64,000 bases of DNA from an uncultured Methanosarcinaceae archaeon (GCA_963727895.1 CAVSHT010000005.1:64001-128000), one strand, 5' to 3'. Numbered from the stretch's first letter, positions 12,067-25,106 are shown. The notes: generated from the letters alone by a model not told the origin. Made by a program: numbers and translations.

Positions 12067-12125
12067 CGGCTCTTTAAGTAGGCCCTGATTTAGGATTAAT
12101 CTCCTGTTTAGCCACAGGTTCTGAC

Positions 12126-13007
12126 TTAATCAAATTTCTGTTCAGCTTCAAAATTTTGTTTTGCAGCAGGCTTTTTTTCAGTCTCTGATTCTTTTTCGGA
12201 TTTGAATTTATTATTTTTTGCTTGAAACTCTGATTTCTCTTCATTTCTCAACGGCTCTTTCAAAATTTCATCAACACTTTTTCCCAAAGATGTGAGGTAA
12301 TCTGCAATGCTCCATGAAACTTTTTGCCCTTCTGCACTTAATTCGATACCACTGATAATGTCCGGTGCGGTCTCGAACCTGGGTTGAGTTTCTATATTCA
12401 GAGTTTCTTTAATTGTCTTTTTTATCAAATCTCGCTGTTCTTGTGTAAGATCGAATGCAGTACGGATAAAAACCTGATTTGGCGATGCATTAAGCACTGA
12501 GACTAACTGCTTCTTTTCTTCAGATTTCAGGTCACGAAACCTTTGAACAAACACTTCAACTGCTCTTTCTTCCAAACTGGTTCCAGCTAAATCGGTCAAT
12601 ACCTTTCGCGTTATGTTAAAGACTTCCTGCTGGGTTCGGCTCCTTATTTCCTGACTTAAATGCTGTTCTTCGTTCCTTAATGCTTCCTGCTGTTTTGTTT
12701 TCATATCTGAGGCTTCTTTTCGTACCTCTTCAAAAAGTAGCTGTCGTTCAGCTTTTGCTTCTTCCTTTGCTTTGTTCAAAAGATCATTGCGCTGTTGCTC
12801 GAACTCATCGTTCTTACGTTTGAATTCTTCTTTCTCTTTTTGCGCTTCTGCTTCTTTTTCATCGGCACTAGCAAGTTCATCTGCCACCTTTTTCTCACGT
12901 GCATCAATGGCATTGAGAATGGGCTTATAGAGGACGTGCTTAAGCAGCCATACCAGTATGAGAAAGTTGAATATCTGTGCAATGACGGTAAACCAATCGA
13001 TCAGCAT
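12126..13007 (-). CDS. atpF: N-type ATPase b subunit with fused delta-like C-terminal domain
   Basis: N-terminal [22 protein letters not shown], coiled coil, C-terminal PDIISGIEL; no separate atpH in the operon. Confidence 0.9.
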   Translation of the reverse strand: MLIDWFTVIAQIFNFLILVWLLKHVLYKPILNAIDAREKKVADELASADEKEAEAQKEKEEFKRKNDEFEQQRNDLLNKAKEEAKAERQLLFEEVRKEASDMKTKQQEALRNEEQHLSQEIRSRTQQEVFNITRKVLTDLAGTSLEERAVEVFVQRFRDLKSEEKKQLVSVLNASPNQVFIRTAFDLTQEQRDLIKKTIKETLNIETQPRFETAPDIISGIELSAEGQKVSWSIADYLTSLGKSVDEILKEPLRNEEKSEFQAKNNKFKSEKESETEKKPAAKQNFEAEQKFD

Positions 13008-13027
13008 AGGCTATTTTCCTCTGAAGC

Positions 13028-13303
13028 TCAGGGAATTGCTTTATTCCAGAACGGGTTGGCAAAGATCAGAATCATCGATACAACAAAACAATAGATGGAC
13101 AGAGATTCAATCATAGCCAGACCCACAAATAAGGTCCTGGTAATGGTCGCCGAAGCATCAGGTTGCTGTGCCAGTGAACTAAGAGCCGTTGCAACAGCTC
13201 TCCCTTCTCCAATTGCGGGTCCGATAACTCCAATACCTATTGTGATGCCAGAGGTGGCAATTGATGCCACAGCAATTGTAGTTGTATAAGTGTCCAAAAC
13301 CAT
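13028..13303 (-). CDS. atpE: N-type ATPase c subunit
   Basis: Two TM helices, AQQP loop, GEG in helix 1 and ESLSIY in helix 2. Confidence 0.95.
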   Translation of the reverse strand: MVLDTYTTTIAVASIATSGITIGIGVIGPAIGEGRAVATALSSLAQQPDASATITRTLFVGLAMIESLSIYCFVVSMILIFANPFWNKAIP

Positions 13304-13340
13304 AGTGCTTCCTTCTGTTGTTTGAGTTGTTTTTCAATTC

Positions 13341-14027
13341 TTATCCAGTTTCACTTCTGGACTTGCTGGTTCGTGTGGCTGCAGCAATGTAAACTGTGGC
13401 CAGAATACTGAAGATATAGGCCTGCACCATTCCAATGAGCAGACCGAGAGCGATCATAAGATCTGGAAAGATGAATGGTGTGATTGTAAGCAAAATGGCA
13501 ACGATCATCGAGCCGCTCATGATGTTACCAAACAGACGAATTGCAAGAGCTAATGTGCGGGAGATTTCACTTATAATGTTAAATGGCAGCATGATGATTG
13601 TTGGCTCTGTATATGTCTTAAGGTAGTTACTGACTCCCTGTTCTTCTATACCAAAAAGCGGTACAGCTACAAACACACATAATGCTAATGCAGCTGTGGT
13701 TGAGAGAGATCCTGTTGGGGGTTCATATCCAGGAATAATTATGCAAAGGTTAGCCATACCAATGAATAGAAAAAGCGTCCCCAGAAAACCTAGATATTTT
13801 TTCGGCTGATCCAGACCCACGTCTTCAATTTGTGCTAAAATACCTGTGACAACAATTTCCAAAATATTTTGCCAGCGAGAACGTTCTAGACCTGTAGAGA
13901 GTTTGCTTGTAATGATTTTTGAACCAACTGCCATTACCAGCATCAGTACCCATGTGTATACAATCGTCGCATTGAGTTTGATAAAGCCATATTGCCAGAA
14001 AATGAGCTCATCTGGACTAAGTCGCAT
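13341..14027 (-). CDS. atpB: N-type ATPase a subunit
   Basis: SRTLALAIRLFGNI with the essential Arg; VQAYIFSIL. Confidence 0.95.
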   Translation of the reverse strand: MRLSPDELIFWQYGFIKLNATIVYTWVLMLVMAVGSKIITSKLSTGLERSRWQNILEIVVTGILAQIEDVGLDQPKKYLGFLGTLFLFIGMANLCIIIPGYEPPTGSLSTTAALALCVFVAVPLFGIEEQGVSNYLKTYTEPTIIMLPFNIISEISRTLALAIRLFGNIMSGSMIVAILLTITPFIFPDLMIALGLLIGMVQAYIFSILATVYIAAATRTSKSRSETG

Positions 14028-14331
14028 TACTTGCCTCCTTTATCAGTTGATCTGGATCTTCCTCTGGCAATCTAGTGAATCTAACTATTATATGGCGCAT
14101 AACAAAAAACCCAAAAAGGCATATTAACAGCCTTTCCCAATGTCCGTCTGAAACAAGATAGAATCCAGCTATAGCAGTGCCATTACGCATCAACAGGCTG
14201 CCTAGGAACCAAAAAGCAGATTTTCTGGACGAAAGTCCCTTCTGAACCGTCCACCAAAGTCCGCCGAAGAAAATAGCTCCAAGCAAAAAGCCAGCTATTA
14301 AAGCCAGGATAAGATTCAAAATTTCATTCAT
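14017..14331 (-). CDS. atpR: N-ATPase accessory membrane subunit AtpR
   Basis: FFGGLWWTV and SLLMR motifs; lies between atpQ and atpB; ATG at 14331 preferred over the track start. Confidence 0.8.
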   Translation of the reverse strand: MNEILNLILALIAGFLLGAIFFGGLWWTVQKGLSSRKSAFWFLGSLLMRNGTAIAGFYLVSDGHWERLLICLFGFFVMRHIIVRFTRLPEEDPDQLIKEASNAT

Positions 14332-14651
14332 TGTAATCCTCCTGTTCTTCTTGCATTTCCTTATGCTCTTTAGATACCCAACGCCATGCATTCAAGCAGC
14401 CAATAATAAGACCGATAATAAGCATCGTAAGTGTCCAGGAAAAGCTTGCTGGATAGTGTTTGTCTAACCAGAGCCCAAGTGCAGTACCAACCAGGGTTGG
14501 AACTGCTACCGACCAGCCTATGAGCCCCATCATGCCTAAACCAAGCCAGACCGTTCGGTCCACATGACGTTGTGCTCTGAGTTTGCGTTCAACTTTTGTT
14601 CCAACCTGACGGATTAGAGATGAATCGTCCTTCAAGGGTTTCTGTTTCCGA

Positions 14652-14659
<8 letters not shown>
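14324..14659 (-). CDS. atpQ: N-ATPase AtpQ (AtpZ/AtpI family)
   Basis: GLIGWSVAVPTLVG..LGLWLD..GCLNAW; operon position. Confidence 0.8.
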
Positions 14660-16476
<1,817 letters not shown>

Positions 16477-16971
16477 TTAACAGCTCTCCCCATGCTGTAT
16501 TATGTTAAGTTTTCAAGTTCGTTTTTAAGGCATGATTCCAAGAATTGAACATATAAATAAATTTACTTTTAGCCTTAGGCAATAAAGCACATAACGATCA
16601 TTAATACTAGAAACATAGAATAGAATCAGGTATCAAGTAATTTAACTTTGTAAAATAATTACTGTATGCTTGTAAGCAGTTCTATCAGTGATTAATTTAG
16701 TCTTTGTTCCCCCTTCCTATTAAGAAATATATCATTTTAATATATCAATTTGACTTTTATATTATTTTCTAGTAAAATCCAAAATAAGGTTTATTACCAA
16801 ATTTAGAAATTTAATTATTTTATTTGGGGAGCTTTCAGTCTTCTGTATCAGAAAACTTTTTTGTAACCATGCAGTGTTATTCTTCTGATAAAGTCCTGTA
16901 GATATTATAACTCTAAAAAGACAATCTAAAAATTAATTCTTTTTGAAATATATAAAAAGCAGAAAATTTAG

Positions 16972-17065
16972 CGGGCCCGCCGCGATTCGAACACGAGTCA
17001 ATGGGTATCTTCGTAATATTCTTACTTCGAAGCCCATTAGGATATCCTGGCTACCCTACGAGCCC
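16972..17065 (-). tRNA. tRNA-Arg (anticodon TCG) with a 20-nt intron at position 37/38
   Basis: GGGCTCG acceptor pairing with CGGGCCC; anticodon arm ATGGG-CT-TCG-A/[agtaagaatattacgaagat]/A-CCCAT; T-loop TTCGAAT. Intron CGAAG pairs with exon CTTCG as in a bulge-helix-bulge. Confidence 0.93.
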
Positions 17066-17647
17066 ACAGTGCAGCACTATTGATAGAAGCTATCCATATT
17101 AAACTTTTCTGTCAAATTAAGGCATTAGGAAGTTAAATCCGGGAACGAAACAGAGCAAGAGTAATATGGAAGATTATGAAAAGAAGGCAGAATTACTGGA
17201 AGAAGTTAAGATCGTGATTGAGAAGAGATCCTCCTGAAAACTTATGTACAAAGGATTTTGATTGAACAAAGATACCGAAGTGACTAAAAATATATATAAA
17301 GTGGGACAGATTATCAATACATGGTAAAGAAAGTGAAACAGATATACATTCATGAGATTTATAAGAAAATGATAAAGGAACATGAATAACACAATATCAT
17401 AATTTTCTGACAATCAAATGGTAAAATTAGAGTTGAGCCGTTAAGATAAAACAACTTTATGTTTAAAGTTGCGTTGACGTAAACATAAAAAGGACTTTTA
17501 AGCATACCGTTTTCAAACATCACTTCATTTGGAGATAATTTGATTAGTTTCAAATTAATTGTCTTATTTTTCAAATTAATGAATTCAATTATTTCGTACG
17601 GGGAAAGCTGTAAAGATGAGATCCCGAAAAAGTGAGGATTTTTAAAA

Positions 17648-18367
17648 ATGGAGAGGATTTCAACAGGTATAGAAGAACTTGATAGGAAGCTGAGTGGAGG
17701 TTATCCTGCAAATAAAGTAACTCTTATAACAGGTATAGCAGGAACCGGAAAAACAATCTTCGGAATCCATTTCATTTACAGGAATTGTCTTGAAGGCAAA
17801 AAATGTATGATTATTGCAACTGAGGAAACTCCTGAAGACATCCTTTATCAAGCAAGCATGTTAGGGCGCGACCTTACACCATATTATGAAAGCGGACAGC
17901 TTGTCATGGAAAATATACTTGAGAGTCGCTCGGAAATAATAGGACAGACCAGATACGGGTTCAAGCCCGAAAGTTTGGATATTGAAATTCCCAATTTGAT
18001 AGAACTAATAAGTGAAGGAACTGAATGCCTGGTTATAGATAATATAGGTACCTTTGCTCTAAGAGTATCTATAAAGAAACTTAGAGATCAGTTTGATGCT
18101 CTAAATTACCTCGTGAGAAAAAAAGGTTGTACTACTCTTTTAATTATGGACGAGTCCGCATACAACATAACTCATCAGCTTGCTGAGTACTCGGTATATG
18201 GATCTATCCGTCTGTTAGTAAGAGAAAATTCGTATCTTGGTAAGATGGAACGATATCTGTGCATGTCCAAGATGCGCAGTACCCCTATTTCTCCTGAGAT
18301 GTCTCTTTTTGAAATTACGTCCGAAGGGATAAATATTCGTGAATCTGGAGGGGGAAATCTTGCTTAG
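17648..18367 (+). CDS. Single-domain KaiC/RAD55-like ATPase
   Basis: ISTGIEELD, Walker A GIAGTGKT, ATEE, Walker B LVIDN, C-terminal KMR motif. Confidence 0.9.
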   Translation: MERISTGIEELDRKLSGGYPANKVTLITGIAGTGKTIFGIHFIYRNCLEGKKCMIIATEETPEDILYQASMLGRDLTPYYESGQLVMENILESRSEIIGQTRYGFKPESLDIEIPNLIELISEGTECLVIDNIGTFALRVSIKKLRDQFDALNYLVRKKGCTTLLIMDESAYNITHQLAEYSVYGSIRLLVRENSYLGKMERYLCMSKMRSTPISPEMSLFEITSEGINIRESGGGNLA

Positions 18368-18625
18368 TGAAAAAAGAAAACCAAAAATCCTTATTTTCGA
18401 TGACATTCCTGAAAATATAGAGCTTGTAGAAGCTTGCCTTTCAATGGAGCCCTATGACATTGTTACTGCCAGCGGCGGGAAAGAAGCTATGCAGATACTG
18501 AAGGAAGAAAATCTCGATATGATCCTTCTGGATGTCATAATGCCTGAAGTAAGTGGCTATGAAGTCTGTAAAATTGTCAAAACCAATCCTGAAACCCAGT
18601 TTATTCCGGTTTTGATGCTCACTGC

Positions 18626-19482
18626 GGTTCCGTTGCAAAAAATCTCAGAATAAGCATGTAAATCCATAATCAATAACCAAAAGTACAAATATTCAAAAAG
18701 ATGTGTCAATATTATAGAACTATTCCAAATAATTGATTAATATATTTAGCTTCATTAAAGCCAGAGTAATTTAGGTTTTTGATTTGTCCTTTTTTAATCA
18801 TATTCATAGCTTCAATTCCTTTTAAAGTCTTAATAGCTGTGTTAAAAGACTGAAATCCTAACATTGGATTAACTATTCGTTTAATGGATCTATGATCTTG
18901 TTCTATAATGTTATTCAAATACTTGATTTGTCGAATGCCTACGTTTATAGGTAGTATTTTATCATTTTTCAGTTTATCTATAGCAGGTGGATAAGCTGGA
19001 TTTTTATCAACTGTGATTACTCTTGGAATTTGATTATGATTAGAATTCAAAGCTTTCTTAAAGAAACGTTTTGCTGCTTTTTGATCTCGTTTTGCACTTA
19101 ACATGAAATCAATTGTATCTCCATTTGAGTCAACTGCTCGGTAAAAATATTTCCATTTACCTTTAACTCTGATGTAAGTTTCATCAACTCTCCAAGAGTC
19201 GTTTGTTGGTCTTAAATGCCTTCTTACCTTCTTTTCGATTTCAGGAGAGTATTGATGTACCCATCTCATGATAGTACTGTGATCAACTTCTACTCCCCTC
19301 TCTGCCATCATTTCCTCTAAATTTCTATAACTTACTGGATATTTTAGGTACCATCTGACGTTTAATAAAATGATTTCTCCTTCGTAATGTTTCCACTTAA
19401 AGGAATTAGATAGCATATTATCGTTCTATTGATTTTCTCCTTATTCAATTGAATCCTTATTATGATTTTTTGCAACAGAACC
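18626..19482 (-). mobile_element. IS6-family element, copy B (transposase 18712-19416)
   Basis: Same IRs and 857-bp length; protein identical to copy C. Confidence 0.95.
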
Positions 19483-19997
19483 GTAAAAAGATTTTGTTGA
19501 TTTTTTAGCTTGACTACGGATTACATATTTCTCGTTAGATGAATCTGTTTTTCCATAATAAGGATCGTTAGTGAGATCAATGGCAAATTCATAGCTTTTA
19601 CCTTTTTTGAGAGTTTTTAGAGGATATTTAAGGAGAATATTTTCATTGGATCTTATCAGCTCTTCCATGTTTAGTTTTTTGAGATGGTATCTCAAGGATG
19701 TTTCACAAGCAACGTAAGAATACTGCTTTGAAACAGAGTGAACAGAACTTTTGTTTACTGCCATATTCACAACAGTACGAATAACGTCTTCACTTGTAAG
19801 TGAACCATTGATCTTGAGGGTTATATGAGATGTGAGAGGTTCTAAGACAGAATCAATACAGTATTTTGACTTTAATTCCATTTTAAAGCTATATAAACCT
19901 TTAAATGGTAAAAAAGACTTCGGTGGCACTTTTCATTGTATATGTAGGTATCGAAAAGCCTACGTAATGGGGGAAACGAAAAATTAGCGAACTACTG
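19483..19997 (-). mobile_element. ISH3-family element, 5' half; truncated by IS6
   Basis: CAGTAG terminus at 19997; ORF with ETSLRYHLKKL and FAIDLTNDPYYG, stopping at the IS6 junction. Confidence 0.8.
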
Positions 19998-20452
19998 AAG
20001 TTGGCTGTGAAATGCTGGGAACTAATTCCCGAATTAATAGAAGAATTAGAAAAAGTTCAGAACCACTAAGTTAACTATATCAATATGCACTAATCTTTAT
20101 TTAGAGTTAAAATATATATTATTAAAGTTATAATATTTAATTCATAATCTACAAAGAGAAGTGAATATTAAAATTCCCACTATTTTTTAATTCGACCTAT
20201 TTTATGAGGGTTATTTTCACGTAATCTCTTTTTTGACGTTTTCAAACTCTTTTATGGCTCCGTTAACTACATAGAATTCAAAAAGCAACTGCATAGATAA
20301 TTAAAGCACTTGATAGAACTTCATATAGATGCTTTCAGTTTAACACATTCCAATTCCACCCCAATAAAAATAAAAATTACTTAACAGTTCTTTTTGATGA
20401 CAAAGCTCATATCCTTACATCTCCATATTTACTGGAGATAGAACCTGGGGGC

Positions 20453-21338
20453 ATGAAGGATTCTACCACTCGATGAAAACGAGGCTTTGGAACTAGGACT
20501 TACTTTAGTTGATGAAAAAAATGAACCCGAAATTAAAGAAGTTCTCTATTACCTTTCCGAGCTTGCACTGAAATATGCAAAAGAAAAGCTGGAAAGCGAT
20601 ACAAAAAGAGTAATCGAATATATTAAAAGGATAGGGAAAGCGGCAGCTACTGCCAGGCTTGAATCAGTTGTTGTCACGACTCTTCGAATTTATTCTCCTA
20701 TTATCAGAGAGGTATGCAGACAGCGAATGGACGATGCCTTTGTAAGCATAGCACTCTCATTTGGAGATATTGGAAAAGCTGCAGCAGAACAAAAAATGGA
20801 GATTCCCGCAAAAATCGCAGTTTCCTGTCTTGGAGAAATGGGAAATACAGCGGCATCCAGAAGAAATAAAAAGGGAACAATTGCAGTTATTTTTTCACTT
20901 GGAGAAATGGGAAAAAGCGTTACTTGGCAAAGGTTAGGAGATGTCGCAAACAATACAGCAACCATTCTTGGGGAGACTGGAAGGGTTGCAGCAAACCAGA
21001 AATTTGAGGATGCAGCATTAAATGCCGAGCTACTGCTACAGGAGATCGGAACTGGAGCAATCGAAAAAAATCTGAAAGAAACTGCGGGTATAAGTGTCCG
21101 TTCCATTCAGAACATCGGAAAAACTGCAGATAATCAGGGGCTTGACAAAGTTTTGCTCCAGGCAGCATATTCACTTGAAACGATTAAATTAAACGCCGAG
21201 GATCGATACCTGATGAATGCATCCATCATTGCAGAAGTCGCTCTCCTGCAATTTGAAAGATTGGAAATTCAGAGTCTAGAAGATAAGCTGAGTAAAATTC
21301 ATAGAGGTAAGAAGAAGTTCCCCGGCGCAGGTTTGTGA
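20453..21338 (+). CDS. 23-residue helical-repeat protein, paralogue 1 (ATG 20453 is 1 nt out of frame; TTG 20487 could serve as start)
   Basis: Repeats FGDIGKAAAEQKMEIPAKIAVSC / LGEMGNTAASRRNKKGTIAVIFS / LGEMGKSVTWQRLGDVANNTATI; in-frame upstream PLDENEALELG matches paralogue N-termini. Confidence 0.75.
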
Positions 21339-21489
21339 ACTTTTGTATCTCAGTTTAATGACTATTTATAAATACAAGCTTATATCTCAAATCACAATAC
21401 TTATCTTCTTTACAGAAAAAGAGTTCCAAAAAAATTATCTCGCTTTCAGGTGCTTTCCCGAGATGATATCTTTTAGTGGGGTGTTTTGA

Positions 21490-22323
21490 ATGTCTACTTT
21501 AAATGAGAACGGGGCAACAGACCTTGGGTTAACTTCGGTTAAGGATAATGATGAGCTTGGTGTATTACGATCTATAGATTTTCTTACGGAACGTGGGACT
21601 GAATACATAAATAAGAGACTCGAACCCGATGCAAAAAAGACCATTATCAGCATAAGAGATATAGGTAGTGCAGCTGTCTGTCAAAAAATGGAACTTGGGG
21701 TATTTTTATCATTATTATCTCTTGGAAAAATGTCTGAAATTGCAAGAGAGAAGAAAATGACTGATACTGGTTTAAGTATTCTTTACTCTCTTTATACAAT
21801 TGGAAAGGCAGCAGTTGGGCGAAATATGGAGTCAGCGGTCAGGATTGCAGTTGCATATCTTGGGGAAATTGCAAATTCGGCATCGCTCCAGAAGACCGAG
21901 AGAGAAGCTCTTGCTGCGACCCTAGCTATAGGATTGATAGGAAAAGAAACCTTTGGACAGCAAAGTATCCAGGTTCCGGAAAATGGAGGATTTTCTCCTC
22001 AAAAGCCCTGTTACCTTTTATCTCAACCTTGTAGAAAAGAGGCTATTATATATTATGGAGAATTTTCGAATATTTTCAACTTAGTTGTTCAACAGGAGGA
22101 CGAAGCAGATTTCCTTCAGTTTCCTGCTCTTTTGGAAAATGAATCCTCTTGTGTGGATTATACTGACTTTGAAAATTTAATAATAAAAGCTGCCAATTCT
22201 CTGGGAACGATGATTTTAGAAGTTAAAGAAAAATTTTTGATAAGCCATGTAATTATGACAAAGCTCGCTCTTGAAACTCTTAATGGATCTGAATATATAC
22301 ACGAAGCTGAATCTCTGGATTGA
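21490..22323 (+). CDS. 23-residue helical-repeat protein, paralogue 2
   Basis: MSTLNENGATDLG N-terminus; IRDIGSAAVCQKMELGVFLSLLS / LGKMSEIAREKKMTDTGLSILYS / LYTIGKAAVGRNMESAVRIAVAY. Confidence 0.8.
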   Translation: MSTLNENGATDLGLTSVKDNDELGVLRSIDFLTERGTEYINKRLEPDAKKTIISIRDIGSAAVCQKMELGVFLSLLSLGKMSEIAREKKMTDTGLSILYSLYTIGKAAVGRNMESAVRIAVAYLGEIANSASLQKTEREALAATLAIGLIGKETFGQQSIQVPENGGFSPQKPCYLLSQPCRKEAIIYYGEFSNIFNLVVQQEDEADFLQFPALLENESSCVDYTDFENLIIKAANSLGTMILEVKEKFLISHVIMTKLALETLNGSEYIHEAESLD

Positions 22324-22753
22324 ATACTCTGAATGGATTTTATACATTTTTTCAAAAAGTTTCAACCTAGTTTTTGGTCAAAAGAATCCCCCAGATTTTC
22401 ACGTGAAGCTGTTGCACTGAAAATTCAAGCAAAGGGATTGATAAATGAATAGTTGAGCAATGACTTGCTCAGCAATAAATGCGAAAGATTTTACTATTTT
22501 TCAAATGATTAACTCACTGAATTACATGATCTTATTAGCTGCTTCTTTTTAATGAGCTGTCTCGACTATAAAATAGTAACACTAATAACCCCATAACTTC
22601 ATAGAATAAGCCAGAATCTATTTCCTGTGCACACTGTATGGTTTTAGCAATAATCTGAGGTTGATAATTGCGAATAAAACATACAGACAAGAAAAAGACA
22701 GCAGGGAAAATTTGAAGCTTAATGTTTAACTAATAACAAAAGGGGCAATAAGA

Positions 22754-23636
22754 ATGATTACATTAAACGAGACAGAAGCAGTTAAAGTAAGTTCATTTGC
22801 AGTTGAAGAAGGAGACGAAAGTAGAGCTTTCCAGACCCTGGATTCCCTTACAGGACATTGCTGCAGGTTTTATATCTGAAAAAAAAGAAGCGGACGCCGA
22901 AAGAGTTATTATATCAATTGAGAATTCTGCAAAAGCAGCTGCAGATAGAGATATGGAACTTGTTACTATTAATTCTGTTCTGTCCCTCGGAAAACTGGCA
23001 CGGAAAGCAGCAGATAATGGACTTGAGTCTGCTCTGGGCAGATCTCTTGTATCAACAGGAAAAATAGGAGAAGTTGCGGCTTCACATTCACTTGAAGCCG
23101 GTTCAAAGGTTGCTGCCACAACCCTTATGGAGATCTGGAATTTTCTCCGGAACAGTGGAATCAGGAAAATATAATTGCCTTTTCTTTACTCTTAAAAGAG
23201 ATCGGCACTTCTGCTGCCAGATGCGGATGGAGGACGTGTGCTCAGTGCAGTTACCGGTCTGGGAGAGATCGGGAAAAAGATTGCAGCAAAAAGCCTTGAA
23301 CTTGAAACTGTCAGCAGCCTGCTTTTGCTTGAGGAAATGGGAAAACTTGCGGCGGAAAATTACTTTGACGAAGCCCTGAGTTCAACAGCGCTTTCTATAG
23401 AAGAAATAGGAAAGATATCTTTAAAGAAAGGACTTAATGACGCGGTTTTGCAGTGTGAGTGGACACTTGAGACCCTGCGAGTTCAGGCTGAAGAAAAGCT
23501 TCTAAATAACTCTACAGTTGTAGCCGAACTGGCTCTAGATAATTTTGCAGACAACGGCTATACGGATTCTGAGGAGAAGGTGGAGAGATTCCAGGAAATA
23601 AAAGCCCTTCAGAAAAAAATCCAATCTACTCTGTAA
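22754..23636 (+). pseudogene. 23-residue helical-repeat protein, paralogue 3, with at least three frameshifts
   Basis: MITLNETEAVKV... from ATG 22754; frame changes near 22845, 23145 and 23230 join ORF pieces 22797-23174 and 23238-23636. Confidence 0.75.
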
Positions 23637-24323
23637 GTTAAGATTATAAATCTTACATGAGGTTATCCCAAAAAAGCATTCGTTTCAAAATCAGTATCTG
23701 AAGAAGCTATAGTATATTCTCGTGCACTCTTTAAAAATTTATTGATTAGTTGAAACCATAAGTTTTAAATAAATAATAACAGTAGTTCTTTTAAGCAAAT
23801 TGTTGTTCATAATAAAACTTGAGGTTTCAAAGTGAGTTTAATTCCGTTTCTCATGATTTGTATTTAGTGTATAACACAGTAGTCAGGTAGGAGGAAGGTA
23901 AGGAGTTGTAACCCCTCCCCCTACCACAGAGGTTGCTCTAACTCATGCAGGAGAATATGCCAGAAATCCTGCATAAGTTTTTTACTCATATGATATATAT
24001 TATGCATGAAATGTATTTAACTTCTTCTATTTTGTTATACTGTTAAATCTTATGGTTTTTCCTTTTTAATTTCAAACAAAAATATAACTAAAGTATATAT
24101 GAGCAAATTAGACGAGTTTTTTATTAATTTCATAAGTTTTTTAGTATTTTCATGAATTTTTTGTTATCCTCATATATTATCTAAATGGTTTTATATTATA
24201 ATCTCTACTTTATTATTTGAAATAACAACTTTGAAGTTATAGTATATTTTTGAAAATATAGGAAGACTAATATCTGAGTAAACCTATATAAATGATTAAA
24301 TTCTTGAGAATCCAAATATTTTT

Positions 24324-25106
24324 TTGAAGGATTTTACTGAAAGGGGTTTTAATATGTTTTCACTTAACGAACAAAAAGCTATTGAACTTGGAGAATCTGG
24401 AGAACGAGCAATAAGAGAACAAAATGAGTATGATGCACTTCAATATCTCGAGTATCTTCGTGAATTCGGGGAAGAACTACTCGAAGCAAATTTGGAGAGC
24501 GATTTAAGAAGAGTTGTTATCTCACTCAGAAATATTGGCAACAAATCCATCCAGAAAAAGATCGAGAACGTAGCTTCCACAGCTCTTACAGACCTCAAAT
24601 CTCTTTCTGAAGCTGCACTAACTAAAAATTTATCCAATGCAATGTGGTCTTTTTCAAAAGCTGTACAGGAGATCGGAAAAGGAGCTGTACAGTTCCAGAT
24701 GCTTGAGTCTGCAAAGATTGCGCTTGATACTCTTAAGATGATGGGGTTGGGAGCTGTTGAAAACAGAATGGAAGTTGTAACCTTGTGGACGACTCTATCA
24801 CTTGAAGAAATGTCTATACTGGCAAGTCGACAACAACTTGAAGACTTCAGCAAGGAAGCAAAAGAAGCTAGAGAAGAAATTATAAAATCATCCGAAGCAG
24901 CAGGTTTCGTAACAAGGGAACAAATTGAAAAATATCCTCAGCTCATCGCCCAAACTGTAAGTCAATTTTCAGACCTTCAGAACCTCCAGCCTGTAGGCTA
25001 TGAGACTAAGCCCAATGAAGAATTTACTGAAGAGGAATTCTTTGAGGGAGAAGGAGAAAGTGAAGAACAATTACCTAAAACTGAGGCTCATAAAAAAGTA
25101 AACTGA
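24324..25106 (+). CDS. 23-residue helical-repeat protein, paralogue 4, acidic C-terminal tail (probable start ATG 24354)
   Basis: MFSLNEQKAIELG; LRNIGNKSIQKKIENVASTALTD / LKSLSEAALTKNLSNAMWSFSKA / VQEIGKGAVQFQMLESAKIALDT. Confidence 0.8.
   Translation: MKDFTERGFNMFSLNEQKAIELGESGERAIREQNEYDALQYLEYLREFGEELLEANLESDLRRVVISLRNIGNKSIQKKIENVASTALTDLKSLSEAALTKNLSNAMWSFSKAVQEIGKGAVQFQMLESAKIALDTLKMMGLGAVENRMEVVTLWTTLSLEEMSILASRQQLEDFSKEAKEAREEIIKSSEAAGFVTREQIEKYPQLIAQTVSQFSDLQNLQPVGYETKPNEEFTEEEFFEGEGESEEQLPKTEAHKKVN

Larger units (their letters stand above)
18360..20069 (+). pseudogene. Response regulator (REC domain plus lost output domain), split by IS6 and ISH3
   Basis: TTG start overlapping the KaiC-like stop; KILIFDD...LLDVIMP...VLMLTA, then IS6 at 18626. 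A possible C-terminal remnant KLAVKCWELIPELIEELEKVQNH* lies at 19998-20069, just beyond the ISH3 end. Confidence 0.75.

Noticed and set aside
16972..17065. tRNA-Arg as the attachment site of an integrated element
   Set aside because: I found no integrase and no duplicated tRNA 3' end in the window
17174..17574. Two short minus-strand ORFs between the tRNA and the KaiC-like gene
   Set aside because: Low-complexity AT-rich translations with no SD or motif
23659..23700. GAGGTTATCCCAAAA (and GAGCCGATCCCAAAA near 45076) as IS ends
   Set aside because: No partner inverted repeat or transposase remnant could be identified
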